This document shows positions 55,201-62,952 of a DNA stretch of 64,000 nucleotides, piece by piece. A model generated the notes under the pieces. It saw nothing but the letters and a program-made list of their open reading frames with translations. It had not been told where the DNA came from and ran no database searches. Both the position numbers and the translations under genes were made by a program. Position 1 is the first letter of the stretch; each line of letters starts with the position of its first letter. This DNA is from Candidatus Egerieisoma sp. (GTDB taxonomy: Bacteria; Bacteroidota; Bacteroidia; Bacteroidales; UBA932): contig JAZRIV010000007.1 in the NCBI GenBank assembly GCA_045645465.1, forward strand, positions 5,114-69,113. The letters run 5' to 3'.

Positions 55201-55673
55201 TTCAAACCAGGAGTCATACCCTGAAGACCACGACCAACGTCAGCAATAGGACGGCTCTCCAAAGCCTTAGAAACGTTAACTGAAGCTACAGCACCAGTAA
55301 GGTTCTCTTTTTTCTGAGTACCGAAACCGATAACCACAACGTCATCCAACATCTCTGAATCCTCTTTCATTGTTACGTTAATAACAGCTTTGCCATTAAC
55401 TGCAACAACCTCATTTTTCATACCCACCAAAGTGAACTCTAGAGTGCCATTTGAAGGTACGCTGATCTGGTATTTACCATCTACATCGGTAGAAGTACCG
55501 TTTGAAGTACCCTGTACCAATACATACGCACCAATAATTGGCTCTCCATTCACATCTGTAACAGTACCTGTAACAGATATGTTCTGTGCCCAAGCGCTAA
55601 TTGAGAACGCTACAGCCACAAGTGTCATCATTACAAAACGTAATGAGCGACTTAGATTTTTGTGAATGAACAT
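52227..55673 (-). CDS. SusC/RagA family TonB-linked outer membrane transporter (pair 1)
   Basis: 1148 aa with a signal peptide and a carboxypeptidase-regulatory-like domain (VTGTVTDVNGEPIIGAYV). A plug and TonB box region (DVVVIGFGTQKKENLTGA) precede the terminal aromatic ...FGVQLTF. Confidence 0.95.
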   Translation of the reverse strand: MFIHKNLSRSLRFVMMTLVAVAFSISAWAQNISVTGTVTDVNGEPIIGAYVLVQGTSNGTSTDVDGKYQISVPSNGTLEFTLVGMKNEVVAVNGKAVINVTMKEDSEMLDDVVVIGFGTQKKENLTGAVASVNVSKALESRPIADVGRGLQGMTPGLNVNSGSGEVGSESTIRIRGQVGSAQGSSAPLILLDNVEIPSIQMVNPDDIESISVLKDAASSAIYGAKAAFGVILITSKKGAKTESVSVSYSGNVAFQNQAKDFEIAGVDGLHYVVEAAERGGTYTPSGAFWLIDRAGYNAAKAWKEKYADLDPMSPLTYGRDWYLLDGKYKVGIRTYDPYEYLVRKNAPSQTHNLSVAGKSGNTNYNISLGFLDQSGMMKTTDFDKYSRYNANVRVNTKVNDWISVRAGLMFSKTEKNWAYSSTSTTSDVWYYLFRWGANYPLVPTDEYGNNLNSATYETSIANKASTINRYTSVNAGTTITPLKDWNIDFDYTYATNEVRNTYPGSSFTGGHLWYSSTAYPDGHTVNNEWNEFNKMGSTLTAQYFAPYEYVNTSSASSFNRIYKDAGVSERQTFNAKTTYDLQIKENHNFNFMLGLQAVSYEYESVWGNKKNLLVYDNPQFDLATGDQTTGGSHSWNSQFGVFGRINYNYKEKYLVEANLRYDGTSKFPGELKWRWFPSFSAAWRVTEEPWMEGAKSVLSSLKVRGSWGTIGDQSVAGSLYIPTMGLGSTSWVHDGKVNDPYFATPSAVASTITWQDITTLGFGLDAKLFNKLGVTFDWYQRKTNNMIVPMEGVGYGFGSSAPKGNFGFLTTKGWELALDYGHVFESGFSINVTAGVADAVTTIDEYGTGRTVGNWYNGKTYGEIWGFKVDRLFTKDDFVYDANGNLVTVKSDDGYNVYQFSDPNMPTQGKYNSGQYIFGPGDVKFKDLNGDGVINNGDPSNKEYGIGTVENHGDLTVIGNTTPRYEYNFRVDLAYKGFDFSAFFQGIGSKQMWGSSHLSIPGFDTGGGCMAQAFAEDFWYETIVDGKVVDANYDAFYPRAYNLGTSSTGFNMQVSDKYLLDMSYLRLKNVTLGYSIPEKILKKAHISKLRVYASLENFLTFDNLNGLPIDVEETPGYSSFNESNYNSGRAGVGTPTFKSASFGVQLTF

Positions 55674-55695
55674 AAAATAAATTTTAGGTTAATAA
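55622..55695. repeat. Left arm of a 74-bp inverted repeat (5'UTR plus first 17 codons of susC pair 1)
   Basis: Its reverse complement matches 56048-56121 at 70 of 74 positions by manual alignment, with perfect blocks of 30 and 29 bp. Confidence 0.85.
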
Positions 55696-55739
55696 ATAAT
55701 TGTTATAATGTTTGGTTTTAGTTTCTCCATACTATCTTG

Positions 55740-55747
55740 CAAAGGTA
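55740..55747 (-). promoter_or_regulatory. -7 promoter box (TACCTTTG on the minus strand) facing susC pair 1
   Basis: Exact TAnnTTTG match 66 nt upstream of ATG 55673, inside the spacer between the inverted repeats. Confidence 0.45.
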
Positions 55748-55993
55748 TAAATTATATTGTGATTTCCTTAAAAAACATGCTTTTTTTATCCATGGAAACC
55801 ACTTTTTATTTAAAATTCACACCTTAAACCCAATTATGCAAGATTCACACTTTTAACGCTCCATACTAACCAATGAGACATCTGACGCATAAAAACTACA
55901 CTAAAGATTACCTCAAATAAAATTAAATTTATCATATATAGGTATTCCCGACAAAAAAGTACTTTTGAAATAACAACTTTATGATATTTTTTT

Positions 55994-56001
55994 TACATTT
56001 G
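55994..56001 (+). promoter_or_regulatory. -7 promoter box (TACATTTG) facing susC pair 2
   Basis: Exact TAnnTTTG match 68 nt upstream of ATG 56070, inside the spacer between the inverted repeats. Confidence 0.45.
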
Positions 56002-56047
56002 TTTGATAATTTGCTCGAATATTTATTCAAACCAAAACAACATTTTA

Positions 56048-56121
56048 TTATTAACCTAAAATTTATTTTATGTTCACTCAAAAAAATCTAAGTCGCTCAT
56101 TACGTTTTGTAGTGATGGCAC
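56048..56121. repeat. Right arm of the 74-bp inverted repeat (5'UTR plus first 17 codons of susC pair 2)
   Basis: See the left arm. It includes the ATG at 56070. Confidence 0.85.
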
Positions 56122-59100
56122 TTGCTTCTTTGATTCTATCTACAGGAGCAATTTGGGCACAGAATGTAAAAGTTAGCGGTACAGTATCCGATGTAAACGG
56201 AGAGCCTCTTATTGGCGCATATGTATTGCTACAGGGTACCTCTACAGGTACCTCTACCGACATTGACGGTAAATACGTTATTGATGTCCCAGCTAACGGA
56301 ACTTTGGTATTCCAACTAATGGGTATGCAGGAGCAGGCAATTCCTGTAAACAACCGTTCAGTTATCAATGTAACCCTTGAAGAGGATGCGGTTATGTTGG
56401 AGGACGTTGTTGTAACTGCATTGGGTATCAAAAAAGAGAGAAAATCATTGGGTTATGCAGTATCAGACATCAAAGCTGATGAGTTGATGAAAAACAAAAC
56501 TGCCAACCCTATTTCTTCACTTTCTGGTAAGATTGCCGGTGTTAACATCACTCAGTCTGGTGGTGGTGCAGGTTCTGGTGCTCAGATTATCCTACGTGGT
56601 GGTACTTCTGCTGCTGAGGGTAAAGATAACCAGCCTCTAATTGTTGTAGACGGTATCATCTATGATAACTCTTCTTCAGTTGGTGGTAACTCTGCATTTG
56701 ACGGCTCTACAAAATCTTCAACTACCACTTCTAACCGTTTGATGGACTTGAACCCAGAGGATATTGAGAACATGTCAGTTCTTAAAGGCCCTGCTGCTGC
56801 AGCTCTTTACGGTTCACGTGCTGCTAACGGTGTGATTGTTGTTACAACAAAGAGCGGTAAAGCTGGTACAGTTGAGGTTAACGTAAGCTCAAGATTCTCT
56901 TCTTCATGGGTAACACACCTTCCTCAGGTTCAGAACCAGTATACAAGAGGTTATATGGAGGAGGAGTATGATGCAAACGGTAACTATGTTAGAACTAACT
57001 TCAACGATTTTTCATACACTTCTTGGGGTGAGAAATCAAACGCAAAAACTTACGACAACATTGGAGACTTCTTCCAGACTGGTAACGTTTTTGACGAGAG
57101 CGTTAGTGTAGCCGGTGGTACAGAGAACAGCAAATACTACCTATCAGGTTCATACTATGATCAGACAGGTGTTGTTCCATTGACAGGTTACAACAAATAC
57201 ACTGTACGTTTCAACGGAGAGCAGAAAGTTGGTTTGTTTACTTTCTCTGCAAACGTATCTTACTCAGAGGCTCATACAGACAAAACCCTTACTTCTGCCG
57301 GTCTTTATGGTTCATCAGGTACAGGTGCTGTAGCAGCTGTTTACACTTGGTCTCCATTTGATGATATGAAACATTACTTGAACGAGGATGGTTCACGTTA
57401 TCAGATGTTTGGTGACAGATTGGATCCATGGGATGAGAAAGACAACCCTTACTGGATTATCAACAAAAACAAGATTTGGGATGACAACCAGCGTTGGACA
57501 GGTTCAGTGAAAGTTAAAGCTGACGTTACCAAATGGTGGTTCTTGTCTTACAACATTGGTTTGGATATGTATACTCAGGTCAACTCCAAGAGAATTGCTC
57601 CAGGTGGTGCAATCAAGGATGTATGGCAGAAAGGTATGATGTCTGACAATACAATGCGTTTCAAATATTTGTCTCACAACTTCATGTCAAACATGAACAA
57701 ACAGTGGGGTAAATTTGACGTTAACCTAATGTTGGGTGCTTCAATTGAGGATACTCAGACTGACCGTCAATCTATGTTGGCTTACAACTTCTCAGTTCCT
57801 AACTTCTTCTCTTACGCAAATGCTACTGATAATAATAAAGATTTCTCACACAGTTCTTCTCAGAAGAGACTTGCAGGTGTATTTGGTGAGGTTAGAGCTT
57901 CTTGGAACAGCACAGTATTCCTAACAGTAACAGGACGTAACGACTGGACATCTACTCTACCTAAAGAGAACCGTTCATACTTCTATCCATCAGTAAGTGG
58001 ATCAGTTGTATTCACTGAGCCTCTTGTAAAAGCTGGTATCCTTGACAATGACAGCGCAATTACTTTCGGTAAAATCCGTGCATCTTGGGCTGAGGTAGGT
58101 AAAGATACAGGTGTATACGAGACAAGTACAGCTCTATGGCCAGTAGGTACATATCTTGGTGGTGCTATTGGTGTTGGTAACAACTGGGAGCGTGGTAACC
58201 CTTACTTGAAACCAGAGAAAACAAGATCTACAGAGTTGGGTATTGAGATGGCATTCTTCAAAAACAGATTCCGTGTTGACTATGCTTACTATACTAACAA
58301 CTCATTCAACCAGATTCTAAGTCCACGTGGTCCTCAGTCTACCGGTTATATCTTCTGCTCTATCAACGCAGGTAACGTATATAATAAAGGTATGGAGCTA
58401 CAGATTTCAGGTACTCCAATTGAGAATAAAGAGTTCACTTGGGATATGAGCTTGAATATGGCTGGTAACCGTGGTACTTTGGACGGTCTTCCTGAGGGTC
58501 TTGACGTTATGTACTTAACAGATGTACAGTATGCTAACATGCAGGCTGCTTCATTTAACGGCGGTAAATTCATGGCTATCGCAGGTTACAAATGGAACAG
58601 AGATGAGGCTGGCAACGTAATCCTTGACGCTAACGGTATGCCTACTTACACTACTGCTCTTGAGGAGATTGGTAATCGTGAGTCTACTTTCACTGGTGGT
58701 TTCAATAACACTCTATCTTGGAAAGGATTTACATTCAACATGTTGTGGGAGTTCCGCGTAGGTGGTGACGTTGTAAACGGTACTCAGTACGCTATGGATA
58801 ATGCAGGTACCAGCCAGTTCTCTGCTGATTTCCGTAACAAACCTCTAACTGTTTCTGGTGTTGACAAAGACGGTAACCCTGTAACCAACACTTGGGAGGC
58901 TGACAAAACTTATATGTATTCAGGTAAAGTTACCAGCGGTTACAACATCATCCAAAGCTACTATCAGAGCTACTATAACAAGGAGTGTGCTAACTACATT
59001 ACAGATGTAAATCTACTAAGATTGCGCTCACTATCTTTGTCATATAACTTCCCTAAAGCTTTGATGAAGAAAACCGGTTTCTTGAAAGGTGCTAACGTAT

Positions 59101-59261
59101 CAGTTGCTGCAAACAACTTATTGTTGTTCACCAACTACAATGGCGATCCTGAGGCTGCTGCTGCAGGTGCTGGTGTTGGTGGTTCATCTTCAGTTGGTTT
59201 CGACTACTGCGGTATCCCTTCAACTTCAGGTATGACATTCGGTATTAACCTGACATTCTAA
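56070..59261 (+). CDS. SusC/RagA family TonB-linked outer membrane transporter (pair 2)
   Basis: 1063 aa with the same domain order as pair 1. The TonB box region is DVVVTALGIKKERKSLGYA and the C-terminus is ...FGINLTF. Confidence 0.95.
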   Translation: MFTQKNLSRSLRFVVMALASLILSTGAIWAQNVKVSGTVSDVNGEPLIGAYVLLQGTSTGTSTDIDGKYVIDVPANGTLVFQLMGMQEQAIPVNNRSVINVTLEEDAVMLEDVVVTALGIKKERKSLGYAVSDIKADELMKNKTANPISSLSGKIAGVNITQSGGGAGSGAQIILRGGTSAAEGKDNQPLIVVDGIIYDNSSSVGGNSAFDGSTKSSTTTSNRLMDLNPEDIENMSVLKGPAAAALYGSRAANGVIVVTTKSGKAGTVEVNVSSRFSSSWVTHLPQVQNQYTRGYMEEEYDANGNYVRTNFNDFSYTSWGEKSNAKTYDNIGDFFQTGNVFDESVSVAGGTENSKYYLSGSYYDQTGVVPLTGYNKYTVRFNGEQKVGLFTFSANVSYSEAHTDKTLTSAGLYGSSGTGAVAAVYTWSPFDDMKHYLNEDGSRYQMFGDRLDPWDEKDNPYWIINKNKIWDDNQRWTGSVKVKADVTKWWFLSYNIGLDMYTQVNSKRIAPGGAIKDVWQKGMMSDNTMRFKYLSHNFMSNMNKQWGKFDVNLMLGASIEDTQTDRQSMLAYNFSVPNFFSYANATDNNKDFSHSSSQKRLAGVFGEVRASWNSTVFLTVTGRNDWTSTLPKENRSYFYPSVSGSVVFTEPLVKAGILDNDSAITFGKIRASWAEVGKDTGVYETSTALWPVGTYLGGAIGVGNNWERGNPYLKPEKTRSTELGIEMAFFKNRFRVDYAYYTNNSFNQILSPRGPQSTGYIFCSINAGNVYNKGMELQISGTPIENKEFTWDMSLNMAGNRGTLDGLPEGLDVMYLTDVQYANMQAASFNGGKFMAIAGYKWNRDEAGNVILDANGMPTYTTALEEIGNRESTFTGGFNNTLSWKGFTFNMLWEFRVGGDVVNGTQYAMDNAGTSQFSADFRNKPLTVSGVDKDGNPVTNTWEADKTYMYSGKVTSGYNIIQSYYQSYYNKECANYITDVNLLRLRSLSLSYNFPKALMKKTGFLKGANVSVAANNLLLFTNYNGDPEAAAAGAGVGGSSSVGFDYCGIPSTSGMTFGINLTF

Positions 59262-59295
59262 ACTAAACAATAAATAATATTAATATTGAAATATT

Positions 59296-61167
59296 ATGAA
59301 ATTAATTAAATCAATTATATTGTGCGGTATTTGCTTGATGGCTCTATCGTTGACATCTTGCGACAAATGGCTGGATGTTAATACCGATCCTGAGAACCCA
59401 TCTTCAGCAAGTGCTACATATGAGAACCGTTTGGCGCATATTGAGTTCTATACCAACAGTGCCACACAATTCGCTTCTTGGCGTTCTACTATGTCAATGG
59501 GTGACTGGACACGTAACTACAATGGTAGTACTTATTGGCATATGTCATATTGGAATCCTCAGCAGGGTGCTGTAACTACAGCTTACCAGTGGTGGTTTGT
59601 AGGTGCTGCTTGTAACATTGAGGATATGTATACAAAAGCAATGGAGGCAGAGGCTTGGCACTATGCCGGTGTTGCAAGAATTATCTACGCTTACGGTTAT
59701 ATGCTAATGACTGACCTTCACGGTGAGATGCCTTTCACTGAGGGTATTGGCGAGGATGCAACTCCTGCTTATGACAATGGTAAAACTATCTACCTTGGCT
59801 GTTTGGAAGCTTTGGATCAGGGTCTTGATCTTCTTGCGAAATCTCAGTCTTCACTTCTTCCAGCTCTTTCAGTTGGTGACTGGTGGGGTGGCGGAAACGT
59901 TCAGAAATGGATTAAATTCGGTAACCTTCTAAAAGCTCGTTGGATCAACAAACTTAACAAGAAACAGGCTGGTTCTTACAAAGATGGAAAATATGATGTT
60001 GATGCTATCCTTACAGCTCTTGCAAATGCTCCACAGAGCAATGGTGACAATATGATTATCAACCATACTGATGACAACAGTACAACTCACGACGTTCTTG
60101 GTTGGGATGAGCCAGTTGACTACTCTCCACTTTACTCAGTATCAGGTATGAACTCAGGTTATATGGCAACAGAGATGTTGTATAATAACCTTACAAACTT
60201 TGCTGGTTATGGCGTAGAGGACCCACGTGCAGACAAGATCCTTCCTTGGGCATACTCTCCTAAAGCTGCTCCTGGTGAGTACAAACTGCTTAACGGCTGG
60301 AGACGTACTCTTGGTGTTGATATGACTTCTCAGAATTCTCCAAGCTTGGTTAACGGTCCTATCCGCGCTTCTTATGCTACAGCTGAGGGCGGTTGGTACA
60401 TTCAGACTGACCTTGTTGAGCGCAAAGGCGATACAGTTTATGTAGAGGCTACCTCTTCTTCTAAAGGTTATGCTGCAAACCGTGACCTTCTTTATAGAAG
60501 AGCTAACGTTCTTACAGGTGCTGCTGGTGAGGATGACCTACAGGCTGCAGAGTCTGGTACATACTACACTCGCGTTTCATCATACACTTACCTTTCTACT
60601 TATGCTGAGGCTTGCTTCATCAAAGCTGAGGTATTGTTCAACAAAGGTGACAAATCTGGTGCATACGCTGCTTACAAAGAGGGTATCAAAGCTTCTATGG
60701 AGCAGATGAACGTTAAATTAAACTTGTGGGTTAATGAGGATGCATCTCTTGCAAGATGTCCTTCATTCACTCCAATGGCTCAGGAGGATATGGATAACTT
60801 CCTTGCTAACGGTATCGGTTCTCAGAATGATCTTACTCTAGGTCACATTCTTACTCAGAAACGTATTGCAATGAATTTCTCTGTAGAAATCTGGAACGAT
60901 ATGAGAAGATATGACTTCAATCCTGATTTGTTCTTCGGTTGGGGTATCCCTGCATTGCACGATGTTACTGCTGCTGCTTTGAAAGGTATTCCTGCTGGCA
61001 AACAGTTCCGCAGATGGAGACAGTGTTCACACGAGTTCAACTACAATGCTGATAACCTGCAGGCTATCGGTAACGAGGTTCCAGGTGCAAATATGTCACT
61101 TGACCAGTGGAACCAGGCTGATGACGCTTGGACAATCAATGTATGGTGGGATTCAGACCAACAGTAA
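59296..61167 (+). CDS. SusD/RagB family nutrient-binding outer membrane lipoprotein (pair 2)
   Basis: Lipobox LSLTSC in a 623-aa SusD-like sequence, directly downstream of susC pair 2. Confidence 0.85.
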   Translation: MKLIKSIILCGICLMALSLTSCDKWLDVNTDPENPSSASATYENRLAHIEFYTNSATQFASWRSTMSMGDWTRNYNGSTYWHMSYWNPQQGAVTTAYQWWFVGAACNIEDMYTKAMEAEAWHYAGVARIIYAYGYMLMTDLHGEMPFTEGIGEDATPAYDNGKTIYLGCLEALDQGLDLLAKSQSSLLPALSVGDWWGGGNVQKWIKFGNLLKARWINKLNKKQAGSYKDGKYDVDAILTALANAPQSNGDNMIINHTDDNSTTHDVLGWDEPVDYSPLYSVSGMNSGYMATEMLYNNLTNFAGYGVEDPRADKILPWAYSPKAAPGEYKLLNGWRRTLGVDMTSQNSPSLVNGPIRASYATAEGGWYIQTDLVERKGDTVYVEATSSSKGYAANRDLLYRRANVLTGAAGEDDLQAAESGTYYTRVSSYTYLSTYAEACFIKAEVLFNKGDKSGAYAAYKEGIKASMEQMNVKLNLWVNEDASLARCPSFTPMAQEDMDNFLANGIGSQNDLTLGHILTQKRIAMNFSVEIWNDMRRYDFNPDLFFGWGIPALHDVTAAALKGIPAGKQFRRWRQCSHEFNYNADNLQAIGNEVPGANMSLDQWNQADDAWTINVWWDSDQQ

Positions 61168-61195
61168 TCCTTTAACATAACATTGTTTATATAGA

Positions 61196-61225
61196 ACAGG
61201 CAACCAAATGGTTGCCTGTTTTTTG
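61196..61225 (+). terminator. Rho-independent terminator between convergent SusD genes
   Basis: ACAGGCAACC-aaat-GGTTGCCTGT is a perfect 10-bp stem, followed by TTTTTT. Confidence 0.75.
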
Positions 61226-61233
61226 TATAGAAT

Positions 61234-62940
61234 CTACCACCCTGGGTTCTGAGGAAAATCCACCCCTTTGAGCTGGTAGAGGGTGAGCTGTCCGGTAGGG
61301 ATTGCATCAAGGTAGTTTTTAGGCACCTCAACCGGGCGCCCCACACCAACTCCATAAGGGAGAATGTATCCGTCTGATGAGATGGACAATCCGTCGGGAA
61401 GAGCATCAGGTGCTGCTGAGGCGGAGGCAATGCGGGCACCAAGGAATATATCCGGTTTTACTGCAGGATTAAGGTATTCCAGTTTGCCCCATCTGCGGAT
61501 ATCCCACTCCCTGAACCCATCCATAATGAGTTCGCTGCGGCGCTCCCTGCGTATCTCCCATAATAGAGGTGAAACATCTGCATCCCGCAATGGGTCATTT
61601 GGAACGGCTCCCAGAAGAAGTGGAGCCACCCCTGCCCTGGCACGAAGCAAATTCACCGTTGCATCCAAATCTCCCTGGGTAAGAACTCCAAGTTCTGCTG
61701 AAGCCTCTGCATAATTCAAAAGCACCTCGGCCAACCAGAAGATTGGGGCATCTGTAGGGTTATTTGGAGCCAGCACTTCAGAAGCTCCCAACCCCTCATT
61801 ATTGAATTTGGCAATAATATATCCTGTGCTGGAGGTGAACCCTTTCTCGTTAGGGTTGCCTATGTATGCCAGTTCCCCCTCCACAGACTGCACAAGGCGC
61901 AAATCCCTGTTTGAGAGAGTTTGGGAAATTGTCTCATCGCCCGCATACATTGGAGACAATGAGATTGGAAGCCCGTCGGAGCACAGGAATGAATTTACCG
62001 CATCTTTTGTAAGTCCGCTCATCATTGTACTGCTGTTTGTATACCCAATTACCGAGTGGGTAAGGATACCCGAAACATACGATTTATAAAGCAGCACCTC
62101 AGGATTTTTTGAGAGGTCCAATGAGCCGTACAGCTGGTGGTAAACTGGGGTAAGGGAGAAACTGTTCTTCCCGATAACATTTCCTGCAGCCTCCCTTGCA
62201 ATCTGCAGAAGTGCAGCAGCACGGGCAGCATCCCCTGCAACATATTTGGCATAACTTCCCTCATACAAGGCAACCCTGCTCATATATGCCCACACCACCT
62301 CCTGGGAAACCATATTTGCATCCCCAAGAGCCTTGTTCCTGTCTGTAGAGCGGATACTTTGGGCAGCAAACTGCAAGTCAGCCATTATACTGTCAACAAC
62401 AGCCGCACGTGGGGTACGTGGGGCATATATTGCCTCAACTTCACTCTGGTCCAGATACCTGTTTATATATGGTACATCTCCAAAATGGCGTACCAGGTTG
62501 GCATACTCAAATGCCCTGAAGAAACGGGCCACCCCCAAATAGTGGTTTGCAGCCTCAGCAGTAAGCGACTCCATAGCCGGCACCCTCTCCAACAACAGAT
62601 TTGCCTTTCTTATATAGGTATAATCCCAATGGGAGTTGGAGGCTGGGGCTGCTGTAGGGAACAAATCCATTGAGCGGGCCGCCTGGTCATCTGTAAATGT
62701 GGTGAAGTAAAAATCGCCGTTTGTACCTGTTCCATAACCTGTAAAAAGGTTGTAGAATTCCCAGCAATAGGATTTTACGTTGTTCTCACTTGTCCAGAAT
62801 GTTTCATCGCTGAACACAACTTTTGAACCCCTGTCCAAAAAATCTTTTGAACAGGACGCAAGCAATACTGCTATTGCAAGTATTGCAAAAACTCTTGCCC
62901 CTCCCCATTGTCTGCCTGTTGTATAATATCTCTTTTTCAT
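61234..62940 (-). CDS. SusD/RagB family nutrient-binding outer membrane lipoprotein (pair 3)
   Basis: Lipobox LLASC in a 568-aa SusD-like sequence ending ...PQNPGW. Confidence 0.9.
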   Translation of the reverse strand: MKKRYYTTGRQWGGARVFAILAIAVLLASCSKDFLDRGSKVVFSDETFWTSENNVKSYCWEFYNLFTGYGTGTNGDFYFTTFTDDQAARSMDLFPTAAPASNSHWDYTYIRKANLLLERVPAMESLTAEAANHYLGVARFFRAFEYANLVRHFGDVPYINRYLDQSEVEAIYAPRTPRAAVVDSIMADLQFAAQSIRSTDRNKALGDANMVSQEVVWAYMSRVALYEGSYAKYVAGDAARAAALLQIAREAAGNVIGKNSFSLTPVYHQLYGSLDLSKNPEVLLYKSYVSGILTHSVIGYTNSSTMMSGLTKDAVNSFLCSDGLPISLSPMYAGDETISQTLSNRDLRLVQSVEGELAYIGNPNEKGFTSSTGYIIAKFNNEGLGASEVLAPNNPTDAPIFWLAEVLLNYAEASAELGVLTQGDLDATVNLLRARAGVAPLLLGAVPNDPLRDADVSPLLWEIRRERRSELIMDGFREWDIRRWGKLEYLNPAVKPDIFLGARIASASAAPDALPDGLSISSDGYILPYGVGVGRPVEVPKNYLDAIPTGQLTLYQLKGVDFPQNPGW

Positions 62941-62952
62941 AATGTCTCCTTT

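Noticed and set aside
55696-56047. Search for a small ORF or recombinase-binding half-sites inside the spacer between the divergent susC genes.
   Set aside because: No ORF of meaningful length was found, and no internal repeats beyond the flanking 74-bp arms. Only promoter-like boxes and one copy of the 9-mer were seen, so nothing further is claimed for the spacer itself.
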